Assembly: GCA_023645945.1 (NCBI GenBank)
Contig: JALAIB010000102.1
Span: forward strand, 1 to 32,538
DNA from: Diploschistes diacapsis
Taxonomy: Eukaryota
Length of the DNA stretch: 32,538 bases
Direction: 5' to 3'
Shown: one piece after another, positions 13,702-24,153 of the stretch
Layout of the letters: each line of letters opens with the position of its first letter
Position numbering within the stretch: the first letter of the stretch is position 1
Program-made: the position numbers and the translations under genes
Notes under the pieces: generated by a model
What the model saw: the letters and a program-made list of their open reading frames with translations, nothing else
What the model was told of the DNA's origin: nothing
Databases searched by the model: none

Positions 13702-16700
13702 TCAGTTCCGTCCTGGCAGTTGCCCAGCCTCAACTCCTATACCAGCAGGCCTCATACCTAGCGTACCACCCATCCTCTCCACAACCCTCACAAACTCCGA
13801 ACCCCTCTTTTCGAACTCACGCTTTTCCTCCTCTAACATGCCCAGTCTTACTTTGACCTCCTCCCACCGCCGGCTCTTAAGAAAGTAATGTCTCCCTTGC
13901 CCGTCAGCTTTCCATTTGCATCGCCCAGACCCCGGATCAAGAGCGTCGCGGAGTTGATCGGATGCAAAACTCTGAGCGGGCTTGAGAGCCGTGGGGAGGG
14001 TAGGCGGGAAGGGTAGGTCTGGGTCGGTATGGGAGTGGGGCATGTCGGAAGGGAGGAGGACGAGGACAAAGTCTCTTACGTTCTCGAGGATGATTGAGGC
14101 GGCGTAAGACTTGGCAGAGTGTCGGGTACTGGTGATATGTGCCAGAGGTTCGAGTGTTGAGGTGAGTATTGCGAGGTAATGGGCTAGGACGCGGAAGGTG
14201 TGGGGTTGCTGGATCAGGCTGGGAAGAGAAAGGAGGGCGGTACAGGAGTTATGGATGCTGTGCATGATGCTGGAGAGGAGGGTTTCTGCGGCTAAGATGT
14301 TGGCTGTATTGAAGGCGTTGATGTGGAAGAGGAGAGCTTCGAGTACTGGGGGAAGCGCAAGGAACAGAGGCGTTGCGGTGATCCAACCGCATGGCGTAGT
14401 AAGGGTAAATTTCGAATGTGTAGGGAAGAGGATTCTGATAATGAAGCAGCAAAGCGTGGGCTCGCTAAGATTCCTCAAGCATAGAGTGTCTTCCATTGCT
14501 GTTTGTAGCAATGAAGAGAAGTATATTTGCTGGTCTTGGGTCGCGGCGCGCTCGCAGATGGTCAAGACAAATGACGACAGCTTTTGTGTTGTCCCCGGCA
14601 AGTTAAGCCGCAGCCCAAGACTCTTGAGATGTCCTACAATATACTCTGGGTCGTTGTCCGGAAGAGGAAAATTGGAAGCATCAGTAAAGAATTGATCCAC
14701 TTTGCAGATATCCGTAGTATGCTGCTGGAGCAGTTCCACGACCTTTTGGACAAAATCAACATATGCGCCCTGCATGTCGGATCCTTGACCTAGGTTTTGG
14801 TAATTGCTCCTCATCGTGGTCATCAGATGCTTGAGCATGTCCGCATATTGACGCATCATGGTAGGTTTTTGCGGAAGGTTGTGGTAGGTCATGAAGCTTA
14901 TTGACTCTCTCATATTGGACAAGAAGCACGAGATTAGTGCGATTCGCCGCTCACAGAAATCCTTAACTGAGACTTCAAATTCACCACTTGCACGATTCCT
15001 CCAAAAAGGCGGGTTGTCTAACAATGGTTCCGTAGTGTCTTGATTCAAAAGCGCTGTTGTGAGCAGAGGCTGATATTTGATCAAGGATTCTCGTTCGACT
15101 AGTGAAGCTACCCATTCTCGCAGAACGATGGTCTTGTTGTTTTCGTATACCATCGAGTTCATCTCAAGTAATTTAGAGAAGAAGAATGGGGCGAACCTTC
15201 GCCTTTGATCGGTTAGCCGTAGAACTTCCCAGGAATCCTGTTGGTAAGGATCAATGTAATTGTCCCAGGTCTTATCCCCAGCCTTCACTTTCACCTCAGC
15301 AACTAAGAGCCATGTATGGATAACGTCCTGTAATATAACATCGTCTGCAGGGATATCAGACCCAAACGCATCGGATAACAGATCGTGTAATGCTTTATAG
15401 ATGCTCTCATCGACCAAAACCGGGCTAGATGTACCAATTTCAGGATCCAACTCTTCAAATGCCGACCAATCTCCAAAACCTTGGCTGTCGTCGTTCTCCT
15501 TAATAGATCCTGAATGCGAAACAAACGTGCGAATCACGTCAAGAGTACTGGCAACAATGCTACTGGTTCGCGGGTACTTTGGATCAAACAACGACAGCAC
15601 CTCAACTAATTTGGGAGTGAGTAGCTTTGCTGAAGCCGCGTGTGTCTTCGTTTGAATCAAAGCTCGTTTCAATGAACTTAGAGCATCCATGATGATTGCC
15701 TCGATGTGTCTCTGGCTGTGTGCGATAGTGCTTTCACGCGTCTCCTGGGAAATCATGTATCCCAGGGAAACCTCAGCGGCTGAAGCGTCCTTGTCAACCT
15801 CAGACCGTGCGAGCCTGTGCAGTTTCACTGTTTTCTCCAGAATTTCATTGTACCACTGTACGAAAGGTTCGAGTGAAGTAAGGGGCTCATTGGTGGATAA
15901 CTGATAATTGACAAGGTATGACCAACTCCTAATGACCAGATGACACGCCTGACGATGCGAATCTTCGATGTCAAGTAAGTTTTGGATCGCATGCAAACGC
16001 AACCGATACCCGCTTGGAGCAGCCCAGTAAAGCATGCACAGCAAATCAAAGTGATTGCGAACAGCATCCAGATCCTCTTGTCTGATTTGTTGCTCTTTAG
16101 GCAATTGTCTATCATGGTTCGGCGTGAGCCGAAACACACAATTGCTAACCCGTCTGCTGGTAGTGATTGAGCGCAGAGCGCGCATGCCAGTTCCTATGAT
16201 CTTCAACAGAATATGGAAACACCGGTCGTTTTTGTCAGCCTTGAGCTTCAACTGGTCGGTTAGGCACTCCAAAAACGCGGGAGAGCCACAATTTTCTTCC
16301 AATGGAAGGTCACCTAGGTTGTTACGAGCGAAGAAGTCAAAAAGATAGGCGATAATGCTTTCACAATCTAGCCAATTCCAATACTGGATGAGATGGAAGC
16401 AGCGTCCAAAGATGGCTCGACAGTAAGCGTTGAATGTCGAGGCCCTGCGAATAGAGTCTAATTGACCAACTTCTAGCACGGGCTGCAATAGTTGCTTCAC
16501 CAACTGCCAATTCGCCAACTTCTGCCTGCGGTAGGCCTGGGCCTGTACAACTCCGCGAACATCAACCTCAAAGTAAGGCAGAAGAGTGAACATACGACAC
16601 CAGCTATTATCAAGTGCTTGAACATTTTGCTCCTGAGCTTGGAGCCAGAGAATCTGCTCTTGTTGCAAAACTTCCCAGATGTTCCTGCTATGGGCCGGCT

Positions 16701-19700
16701 GCTGTAATAAATGTAAGATAATCACAAAAGCTTCAACTGAAGCCTTGGCACTCTGACGAGACACATGTGTAGACATATTGACGGTATCGTGGGAAAAAAG
16801 GAGGAGGCCTCTGAACCCATCTTGGAAGAGTATCCGAACTGTCTGCCTCAGAGATCGGGAGAACAAAGGTGCAAAAGTGGATTTAACTTCCGAAGGGACT
16901 AGTACGTGGCTCGCAATCATTTGGACAAGATTGGTCAGAACCAAGACCCTCGTACTGATACCTACAATTGGAGGTTTCCTTGCGAGGCTCTCGGAGATCA
17001 TTACCCCGTGCAACTCATCAGTGATGATAGAAATCCAAGTACTGAAGCGACTAGCGAAGATTTTGCGATCAATAGGATCAAGAAACCGCATGTGGGTGCC
17101 AAGATATCGAATGATAGAGTTCAGTAAGTAAAGTGGTTGACTTTCATCGACTGTAGCCTGCCCGTGGTCTTGCAATCCCTGGCGTAAATATTGGATAATG
17201 TCGTCGATTACTCCACGTATCTGATCAGACGTTGTCTCGTTCCAATCCTGCCACTCAAAGACTGATGCCCCCACACAGACATGAAGGACGACCGAGCTAA
17301 GTTGCGACTCGGGGGGCATCAAAGACCGCGCGAAGTCGCCGCTACCTAGCAAAGTGGTATTGTCAAAAAGTGGTCCATCTGGCAGATGCTCGACTCCAAA
17401 GGTGGTAGTATGCTCAGTACCAAAAGGGCGTAGGCCTGTCAGAGCACTTGTGGACTCGCGAACAGCCAAGCCAGCACGGCCACCCTTCGAATTTGTCAAA
17501 TCGATAGCTGTTTCTTTGATATCCAAGTATAAGTCACCCTCTGGCAACTGTTCGGCAACCCATGTGGTTTGTTTTGGAAGTCTTTTCCTATACTGCACAA
17601 GTCTCTTAGTGGACCTGTTTTCCTCATGGCCCGCTGCATTTGAAGAATCGGTATCGAACTTGGGATCAATGGCGTGGAGATAGCTTTTGAGAGCAAAATC
17701 GTTCAGGTTCCGTACTAACGATCGAGATTTTCGATAGCTGGGACCAGACTCAAGTTGTGCTGGAGCTTGGGATCTGGCCGGCCTTACTAACGACGTTATC
17801 ACCCTACCAGCATGTGGCATATTGTGCTTTCTTTGAGTATTCGACTTTCGAGGATGAACACTTTTGTTTGTGGAAAATCCCGAATAGTGTGCTTGCTGTA
17901 CATTTCCTTGTAGTAGATTGGACTTTTGAATTCTGTCAGATTGGGTGGGCGACAGTGTACATGAATGAGATTTTTCATCAGATTCTTGACGATACCGAGA
18001 GGCTGGAAGGTTGTTGATGGCTCGTTCGGTCAGAGGTCGCCTTGATTGTGAAGCCTTCAAAAACCGCGCAGGTTTGAGTTTTCCTTGCTTCCACCTCTCT
18101 AGCGATTCTTGAACAGTACCCATATCGTCTTTACTCTGTAATCGAAAAACCTTCCCAGTTGGAGAGTGCCGACCCATATCGATTCGTTGTCGAGCAGTCC
18201 GGCTTGCAATATTCAGGAAGCTGGGTGTCGCAGCTCGATCAACATCACCCAACATATCCGAGATACTTATCTTTTGAATTCTTTTCCGAGGTTTTCGCAG
18301 TTTTTGGCCTGATCCACGTTGATCACGCCGTTGTTTTGGCCTAGGAGTCTCTGTAGGACTAGGCTTTCCATGAGTCAAAGTGGAAGCTCTTTTTCCTGAG
18401 ACCCGCAACGTATCCGTGATCCTAAGCTGTTTTGAAGTTCTTTTTCTTTTCGTGCCTTTTGAGCTGCGTGAAGCTGAAGCAAGCATAGCATCTATCGTGT
18501 CGTCTTCCATATCCTCATCATCATCATCACTTATTATACTTAGCGCAGGAATCTCATCTAGGTCTGGGAGAGGCTCAATACTGTGCGTGATTCGTTTCGA
18601 GCCTGCTGCTATCTCAGGATGGGAATCAGATTCATCATCAATTAAATGTAGTAGAGCCTTGTGATCGCCAACCACTCTTTTCTTGGTATTGGAGGAAGAC
18701 AAGCGACGTGCTACGCATACTCGAGCTTCTTTCACAGGTGATTGTAAACTTGCTTTGCACTGTTTCTGGACCCTGGCCACCTTTTCCCTTTGGTTTTGAT
18801 ATTCGAGCCGGTGCCATGATGCTGGCAAAACACCTCGTGTCCGACGCTGCGCCCGTAGCAACTGCCGATAAGCTTCACCTTCCGACGACTCTTCTGATTT
18901 GTCGGTCGGTACTTCTTGGATCTCACCGACCGGAGCCTTTTGTTCCGACTCATTGTCAGACAGAATATGGATACGGGCTGGAGAACGAGTGCTAGGTTTT
19001 CTCTCTGATGAAGTAGCAGGCGTCTGCAATTGTAAGGGTGTTCCTACTGGTTGAATTGCAGTGACGGAAGCTGCAGTTTGATGCTTGAGAACTCCCAGCT
19101 GGGAGGAATTAGTAAGGGTCGGTGAAGGCAGGATAGGATCTTCTGCCAATCGTAAAACTTCTGGGGATTTCGAAGATTCATTAGATGCAGCCGGCGGTTT
19201 AAAGCTTTCTCTTGGCGGTTTGGCTTTTTGCAAAGAACGAGGAAACGGCCCACCAACACCACTGTTGCTTAGCCCTGGAGGAACTTTAAATCTACGTTTG
19301 TCAAGGATAGGAGAAAGTTGGCCGTCTTCTTGCTCATGTTCTCGTATAAGGGATCGTTCCGTAGAGGTATACTTTAGTTTTTGACGTTTAAAGCCCCGGT
19401 TCAGTATGCCCTTGGCAGACTGCCGTAGTAGAGTAGCTAAATCAGGGAGGTCTTCTTGCTCTGCTGGAGGACTCGAGGCAAAATCGAGGCTTGCGTAAGC
19501 CTCCTGTTGGGAGGCAATGGAAGATCGTAGCCCAGAGCTGGGACGAGCAGCATTGTCTCTGTCGGAAGTAAAAGGCTCAACAGTAGGATCTTCCTGTGTT
19601 TCTCGATCAACTTCCTGCTGGATGTTTAGAGGTTTCAGACCGCGTGATTTGAAACTGTCTTTGTACCTTTGCCCTTCAATGGCGTATGGATTCAGTTGGA

Positions 19701-20400
19701 TAGCGGTCCTTTGGCGAAGGTTTCTTGAAGGCCGAGGACCTATCTTTCCCTCGATATCAAGTGCATTAATGAGAACAACCGGCTCCTTTCTTAACGCAGT
19801 TGAAATCGTGTCATTGTCCGAGTATGTAGGTGCTTGGGGTGACAAAGATCGTGGAGACGATGAGACAGAAGATAGCTCTGATGATAACAATTCTTCCTCG
19901 CTCGCCGAAGGGCACTCTAATGGACCCCTCTCTTTGTTCTGAACATCCTGTGGCTTCACGGATTGCTCTCCAACCGTCGGCTGATTTGCCACCAAGTTGT
20001 TTGAAAGCTCATCCGGCTCTTGATCGTCAGATGTGAAAAGGCGATTCGGAGGGATTGTGGGTTGTGGTTTCACAACTACGACTCTCAGAGCAGGCAGAGC
20101 CAGTTCATCCTCTTCCTCGTCCAGATCCATCAAGGTGTCCCGCCTACAGGGGCTATCAACGCCTTCACTCGTCTTTGCCTCGCCTTTCCAAGAATGCCGT
20201 GATGGAGCATCCTGCGCTTCCTTGACATCGTGCTTGGTGGGTCGTACTATCGTCTCTGCTCCGATTTCATGTGGTGGCAAGATATCGTCCACATGAACGA
20301 AGCTGTCTTTTATTCTCTGAGATTCGTGACTGTTCTGAGAGATCTCCCCTCCTTCATCATCCGAGTCTGGAACGAATTCCCGAACTCTCCAGGATGCCAT
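13702..20400 (-). CDS. MMS22: Mus7/MMS22 family replication-associated DNA repair protein
   Basis: 2232-aa ORF starting with FVPDSDDE. It contains RNLRQRTAIQLNPYAIE, a long disordered N-terminal half, and a helical C-terminal region (LFDFFARNNL, DRCFHILLKII, NHFDLLCMLYWAAP) typical of fungal Mus7/Mms22. Confidence 0.85.
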   Translation of the reverse strand: MASWRVREFVPDSDDEGGEISQNSHESQRIKDSFVHVDDILPPHEIGAETIVRPTKHDVKEAQDAPSRHSWKGEAKTSEGVDSPCRRDTLMDLDEEEDELALPALRVVVVKPQPTIPPNRLFTSDDQEPDELSNNLVANQPTVGEQSVKPQDVQNKERGPLECPSASEEELLSSELSSVSSSPRSLSPQAPTYSDNDTISTALRKEPVVLINALDIEGKIGPRPSRNLRQRTAIQLNPYAIEGQRYKDSFKSRGLKPLNIQQEVDRETQEDPTVEPFTSDRDNAARPSSGLRSSIASQQEAYASLDFASSPPAEQEDLPDLATLLRQSAKGILNRGFKRQKLKYTSTERSLIREHEQEDGQLSPILDKRRFKVPPGLSNSGVGGPFPRSLQKAKPPRESFKPPAASNESSKSPEVLRLAEDPILPSPTLTNSSQLGVLKHQTAASVTAIQPVGTPLQLQTPATSSERKPSTRSPARIHILSDNESEQKAPVGEIQEVPTDKSEESSEGEAYRQLLRAQRRTRGVLPASWHRLEYQNQREKVARVQKQCKASLQSPVKEARVCVARRLSSSNTKKRVVGDHKALLHLIDDESDSHPEIAAGSKRITHSIEPLPDLDEIPALSIISDDDDEDMEDDTIDAMLASASRSSKGTKRKRTSKQLRITDTLRVSGKRASTLTHGKPSPTETPRPKQRRDQRGSGQKLRKPRKRIQKISISDMLGDVDRAATPSFLNIASRTARQRIDMGRHSPTGKVFRLQSKDDMGTVQESLERWKQGKLKPARFLKASQSRRPLTERAINNLPASRYRQESDEKSHSCTLSPTQSDRIQKSNLLQGNVQQAHYSGFSTNKSVHPRKSNTQRKHNMPHAGRVITSLVRPARSQAPAQLESGPSYRKSRSLVRNLNDFALKSYLHAIDPKFDTDSSNAAGHEENRSTKRLVQYRKRLPKQTTWVAEQLPEGDLYLDIKETAIDLTNSKGGRAGLAVRESTSALTGLRPFGTEHTTTFGVEHLPDGPLFDNTTLLGSGDFARSLMPPESQLSSVVLHVCVGASVFEWQDWNETTSDQIRGVIDDIIQYLRQGLQDHGQATVDESQPLYLLNSIIRYLGTHMRFLDPIDRKIFASRFSTWISIITDELHGVMISESLARKPPIVGISTRVLVLTNLVQMIASHVLVPSEVKSTFAPLFSRSLRQTVRILFQDGFRGLLLFSHDTVNMSTHVSRQSAKASVEAFVIILHLLQQPAHSRNIWEVLQQEQILWLQAQEQNVQALDNSWCRMFTLLPYFEVDVRGVVQAQAYRRQKLANWQLVKQLLQPVLEVGQLDSIRRASTFNAYCRAIFGRCFHLIQYWNWLDCESIIAYLFDFFARNNLGDLPLEENCGSPAFLECLTDQLKLKADKNDRCFHILLKIIGTGMRALRSITTSRRVSNCVFRLTPNHDRQLPKEQQIRQEDLDAVRNHFDLLCMLYWAAPSGYRLRLHAIQNLLDIEDSHRQACHLVIRSWSYLVNYQLSTNEPLTSLEPFVQWYNEILEKTVKLHRLARSEVDKDASAAEVSLGYMISQETRESTIAHSQRHIEAIIMDALSSLKRALIQTKTHAASAKLLTPKLVEVLSLFDPKYPRTSSIVASTLDVIRTFVSHSGSIKENDDSQGFGDWSAFEELDPEIGTSSPVLVDESIYKALHDLLSDAFGSDIPADDVILQDVIHTWLLVAEVKVKAGDKTWDNYIDPYQQDSWEVLRLTDQRRRFAPFFFSKLLEMNSMVYENNKTIVLREWVASLVERESLIKYQPLLTTALLNQDTTEPLLDNPPFWRNRASGEFEVSVKDFCERRIALISCFLSNMRESISFMTYHNLPQKPTMMRQYADMLKHLMTTMRSNYQNLGQGSDMQGAYVDFVQKVVELLQQHTTDICKVDQFFTDASNFPLPDNDPEYIVGHLKSLGLRLNLPGTTQKLSSFVLTICERAATQDQQIYFSSLLQTAMEDTLCLRNLSEPTLCCFIIRILFPTHSKFTLTTPCGWITATPLFLALPPVLEALLFHINAFNTANILAAETLLSSIMHSIHNSCTALLSLPSLIQQPHTFRVLAHYLAILTSTLEPLAHITSTRHSAKSYAASIILENVRDFVLVLLPSDMPHSHTDPDLPFPPTLPTALKPAQSFASDQLRDALDPGSGRCKWKADGQGRHYFLKSRRWEEVKVRLGMLEEEKREFEKRGSEFVRVVERMGGTLGMRPAGIGVEAGQLPGRN

Positions 20401-20459
20401 TTCTTCTCGCCTTCATGATGTCTTCGATACCCACATTCCTGTTGACTGTTAAACCTCCA

Positions 20460-20553
20460 ACGCGTCGAATCTGTCGTCAACGTGCGCGTAACGCATCAGC
20501 TTGACGCGTAGCGGGGCACTTGAGTTCTCCTCATCACGTGAGATCGCGTAAAA
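20460..20553. promoter_or_regulatory. MCB-like (ACGCGT) cell-cycle box cluster plus a CACGTG E-box upstream of MMS22
   Basis: ACGCGT at 20460..20465 and 20504..20509, GCGCGT near 20484, TCGCGT near 20544 and CACGTG at 20535..20540, all within about 150 bp of the MMS22 ATG. Confidence 0.6.
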
Positions 20554-20681
20554 GTTTTCACATTAAATACTGCATAGGCGCTTCAGATTCCTTGGCTTCC
20601 ATAACGTCAACAGTTCACCAACGGCAACAAAGTACGTTGCTCGCCAACCCCACGAGTTAGAAACGGCTACTACTACTGAAG

Positions 20682-20915
20682 ATGTCAACACCTAGACTAG
20701 CCCCAGTGCTTGTTGCAATCTTCGGGGTGGCTTCAGGTGAACCCAATTACCATGCGCTCTACCAGTAATACATAATCTAACCATAGCTAGCTATCTACAC
20801 TTTTCAGCCCGCACTCGCTGAGCAGCAAGAGCGCAGATCAAACCAATCAGGGATTTCGGAACCAAAGGTCGTTAAGCCTGATCAACCCGTGCCAGTTGAC
20901 AAGTCGGCAGCATGA
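20682..20915 (+). CDS. 59-aa single-TM microprotein, PIGBOS1-like; exons 20682..20736 and 20791..20915
   Basis: Splicing out 20737..20790 (GTGAAC...CTAAC...TAG) gives MSTPRLAPVLVAIFGVASAIYTFQPALAEQQERRSNQSGISEPKVVKPDQPVPVDKSAA. The segment GVASAIYTFQP resembles GIAGGVYIFQP of PIGBOS1 as I recall it. Confidence 0.7.
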
Positions 20916-21135
20916 AGATGTCATCCTTTTGATAGGACTCGGCCTCCGTCTCGCCTATTTCTGGACCTAGGCCTGAAACGATCATGAGTAACCAGTCGTC
21001 TAGCTAGAAAGCATCATCCACCAGCGTTGCAACATGCAGGGTGCCGATTCTAATAGTAAGCAACAAAACTGTTCTCCGGACCGACGATCTTCGGAGGTAG
21101 AGAACCGCCACTCTCGACCCAGCAGTCGCAAGCTC

Positions 21136-22502
21136 TCAATCGCTTGGCCTTGTCCTCCCTAGGCCGTCCTTTGCATAAAAGTCCATTGGATATACCCCTT
21201 CCTTTTCCCAGGTTTCTCGAATGCCGAGTGCTACGAGCGCTTCGTATGGCGTCAGCAGTGGCCTGGGAAACGCATATCCCCAATCGATACTTAATCTAGG
21301 GCACGCAATTTGAACCCAGCATTCAACGTCCGACATCAAAGCCAGTTTTCCCGGAAATATTTCGCTTAACAGAATATTAACATATGGAAGCCCTTTTGAA
21401 TCGAGATGTTTCTCTATCATGCTCATTGTGTGTGGGTTTCCTTGTCGTCCCAAGGAGCCTAGGATAAGACCCCACTTGCAAGCTTTCTTCGCCGATGCTA
21501 TAGCTTGTCGTCGTAGGTCCTGCATTTCTGTGTGGTCATACGTCTCGCGAGTAAGCTTCCTGGCATATGGGTCGTACCGGTATGCGGGTATAGAAGGATT
21601 GTGAATCATAGCCGACTCTAAGTGAAATCGACCATCTCCCAGGTATAGGATCAAGTCAATGTTGAGGGATGAAGGCAGGTGCGGTGATGTACAGCCCAGG
21701 ATTTCGCCCTTACTCAGCGGCGCAATCTGTGGTATTATGATATCGAAGCCAGCTCGCTCCAACTCGCTCCTTACGTTGTGCATGGTCGCGTTGAATTGGA
21801 TTGTGCCCACCATGGCGATTTTTCTTCCTGGTTGAAAATTCCTTTCTAAAGTTGCGAGCAGGTGCGGCTTGTCAATTGATATGTCTACGAAAACATACAG
21901 CGTTTTGATCTTGGTCACGTCGACTGGGATCAAGCAGCTGTGCGCATAATGTACGAGCAGATCGCAACCAAGAGCCCGAGCTGTGTAGTCATCTATACAG
22001 CACGCGCCATACGTTACGTCCCCCATAATCAAGGTCTCTGTACCCGGGCAAAATTGGCTAAGGATGTCGGATATGGTAGTGGCGAAGAGGAGTAGTCCTT
22101 CGGGAAACTGGAGCGCAACTCTTTTCGCATCTGAGGAGCGAATGCGGTGGATGGTCTTGTGGATCTCGAAAGAGTAGTTTGGAGGCAGAAGGGCGATTGC
22201 CGAATTGATGCTAGGGTCGTTGAGGATTTCGGGAGGAACTTGGTTGAGAGTCCTTGTTATTCTTCGAGGCTGCTGTACTTTGTCATGTCAGATATAGCTT
22301 TGGAGTTTGAGAATTTATTCCTACTCTGCAATGGTCCTTTTCCCCCTGCATTATCTGCCGCCCTCGCATTTGGCTGCTCCGATCTCAGGGACGCAGCTTT
22401 GCGGCCCACAAAGCGCTTCTTTGGAGCTTTAGTGACTATCGACGCTTCATGAGTTACTTCTGAAGCCGAGCCAAGGTTTGTTCCAAGTCTATCGTCCTCC
22501 AT
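21136..22502 (-). CDS. DPH1: Diphthamide biosynthesis protein 1; exons 22502..22325 and 22277..21136
   Basis: Motifs [67 protein letters not shown] and YPMDFY. Intron 22324..22278 (GTAGGA...CTGAC...AAG). Confidence 0.95.
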
Positions 22503-22762
22503 TCTGGAAACGCAAGCAAACCTCTTACTGTACGTTGCGATAATGTTATGGGCGTGGAAGAAATGCGGGTTTTTGGTGGATACCTTACTATTAGGCCAGC
22601 CCTCCTCCCCCACCAAACGTGGACAATGACACAACCACCGTAAGAGCTCTTATTGACTGTCAAACTTCATCGTTCAATGCAAATCGTCCCAGTCATTCCA
22701 AACTTCCATTACTATTCAATTACCCTAGTCTTCTAGCCCTAGAAACCAGCAGCCCACCAGCT

Positions 22763-24095
22763 ATGTCGGCCTTCAAATGCTTGTGCCGACGATCTAATGC
22801 GCTACAAAGGCACATGCCGCGTCGTCAATTCTCTTGCACAAGGTCCAAACTCTCGGAAGAAGCTCGCATTGTCGAGGTTGGACCTCGGGACGGGCTACAG
22901 AATGAGAAAAATACGATATCACTGGGAACAAAACTGGAACTTATTAGACGATTGGCGAATACTGGAGTTAGGGACATCGAAGCTGGATCTTTCGTGTCGC
23001 CGAAATGGGTGCCGCAAGTACGTGACCGGAAGCTTGGAGATTGTGAGGTACTAGAAGCAACCTAACGCGATTGGAGTACAGATGGCGGATTCAGCAGAGG
23101 TCTTGAACAATCTACTGGGGCATCCGCCAGCTCCGGGACATCACATTTCCTACAACTTCCTGGTACCCAACCTCAAAGGCCTCCAGAAGTTCCTTAATAC
23201 CTCTGATATGACAGCTTCGCAGCCAACTAAGGGATCAGATTCCATACCTACTCACCCATCGTCTTCGAAGAAATCGCCTGAATGGCCGACTTCGAATACC
23301 TCGACGGAAGACCCGAATGAAATGCCTTCGAGGCAAGATGGACAAGCAAACAACACGAACCGAGCGTCGGATCCGCCCGCTGAAAACACCTCCACGCAGG
23401 ATGCCAATGAAATGCCATCTCGCACCCCAGGAAGCGAGAAAGGGACCTTGAAGACTGCGTTCTCCACGGAGGTATCGGTGTTTGCTGCAGCAACTGAAGC
23501 TTTTTCAAAAGCTAACACCAATTGTACGATAGCGGAGTCATTAGAACGCTTCAAGCCCATTCTATCTCTGGCCAAGTCCAAGAACATCAGAGTGCGAGGG
23601 TATGTCTCTGTCGCCCTGGGCTGCCCATACGAGGGTCCCAACGTTGACCCGCACAAGGTAGCAGAAGTAACAGCAACGCTGCTGGAAATGGGGGCAGATG
23701 AGGTTTCTGTAGCGGACACAACGGGTATGGGCACTGCTCCAAGAACCAGGGAGCTCCTCAAAGCCCTGTCTGCTGCCGGGATAGTGAATCAAGATCTGGC
23801 GCTTCATTTCCACGACACTTACGGCCAAGCACTCGTCAATACTGTGGTGGGACTCGAATACGGAATTCGAACCTTCGACAGCAGCGTGGGCGGTTTGGGA
23901 GGATGCCCATACTCGAAAGGAGCCACGGGCAATGTGGCAACTGAAGATCTGGTATATTGCCTGCATAGCTTGGGCGTGCGAACAGGCGTGGACGCGCACA
24001 AGATGGCTGAGATAGGAGGATGGATCTCGAGAGAGCTGGGGCGGCCGAACGATAGTCGAGCGGGTAAGGCCGTGCTGGCGAGGCTGTCGTCGTAG
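22763..24095 (+). CDS. HMGCL: Hydroxymethylglutaryl-CoA lyase, with an N-terminal mitochondrial presequence; exons 22763..23017 and 23082..24095
   Basis: Motifs IVEVGPRDGLQNE, GSFVSPKWVPQMAD, HFHDTYGQAL and GLGGCPYSKGATGNVATEDL. Intron 23018..23081 (GTACGT...CTAAC...CAG). Confidence 0.95.
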
Positions 24096-24153
24096 CCCAT
24101 AGTACCGAATGAATGGAGTCCGGGCTCCAAGTTCTTTATCACCGTGGACTTCG

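Noticed and set aside
24078..24095. Peroxisomal PTS1 on HMG-CoA lyase
   Set aside because: The protein ends ARLSS, so ARL is not terminal and a PTS1 is not supported.
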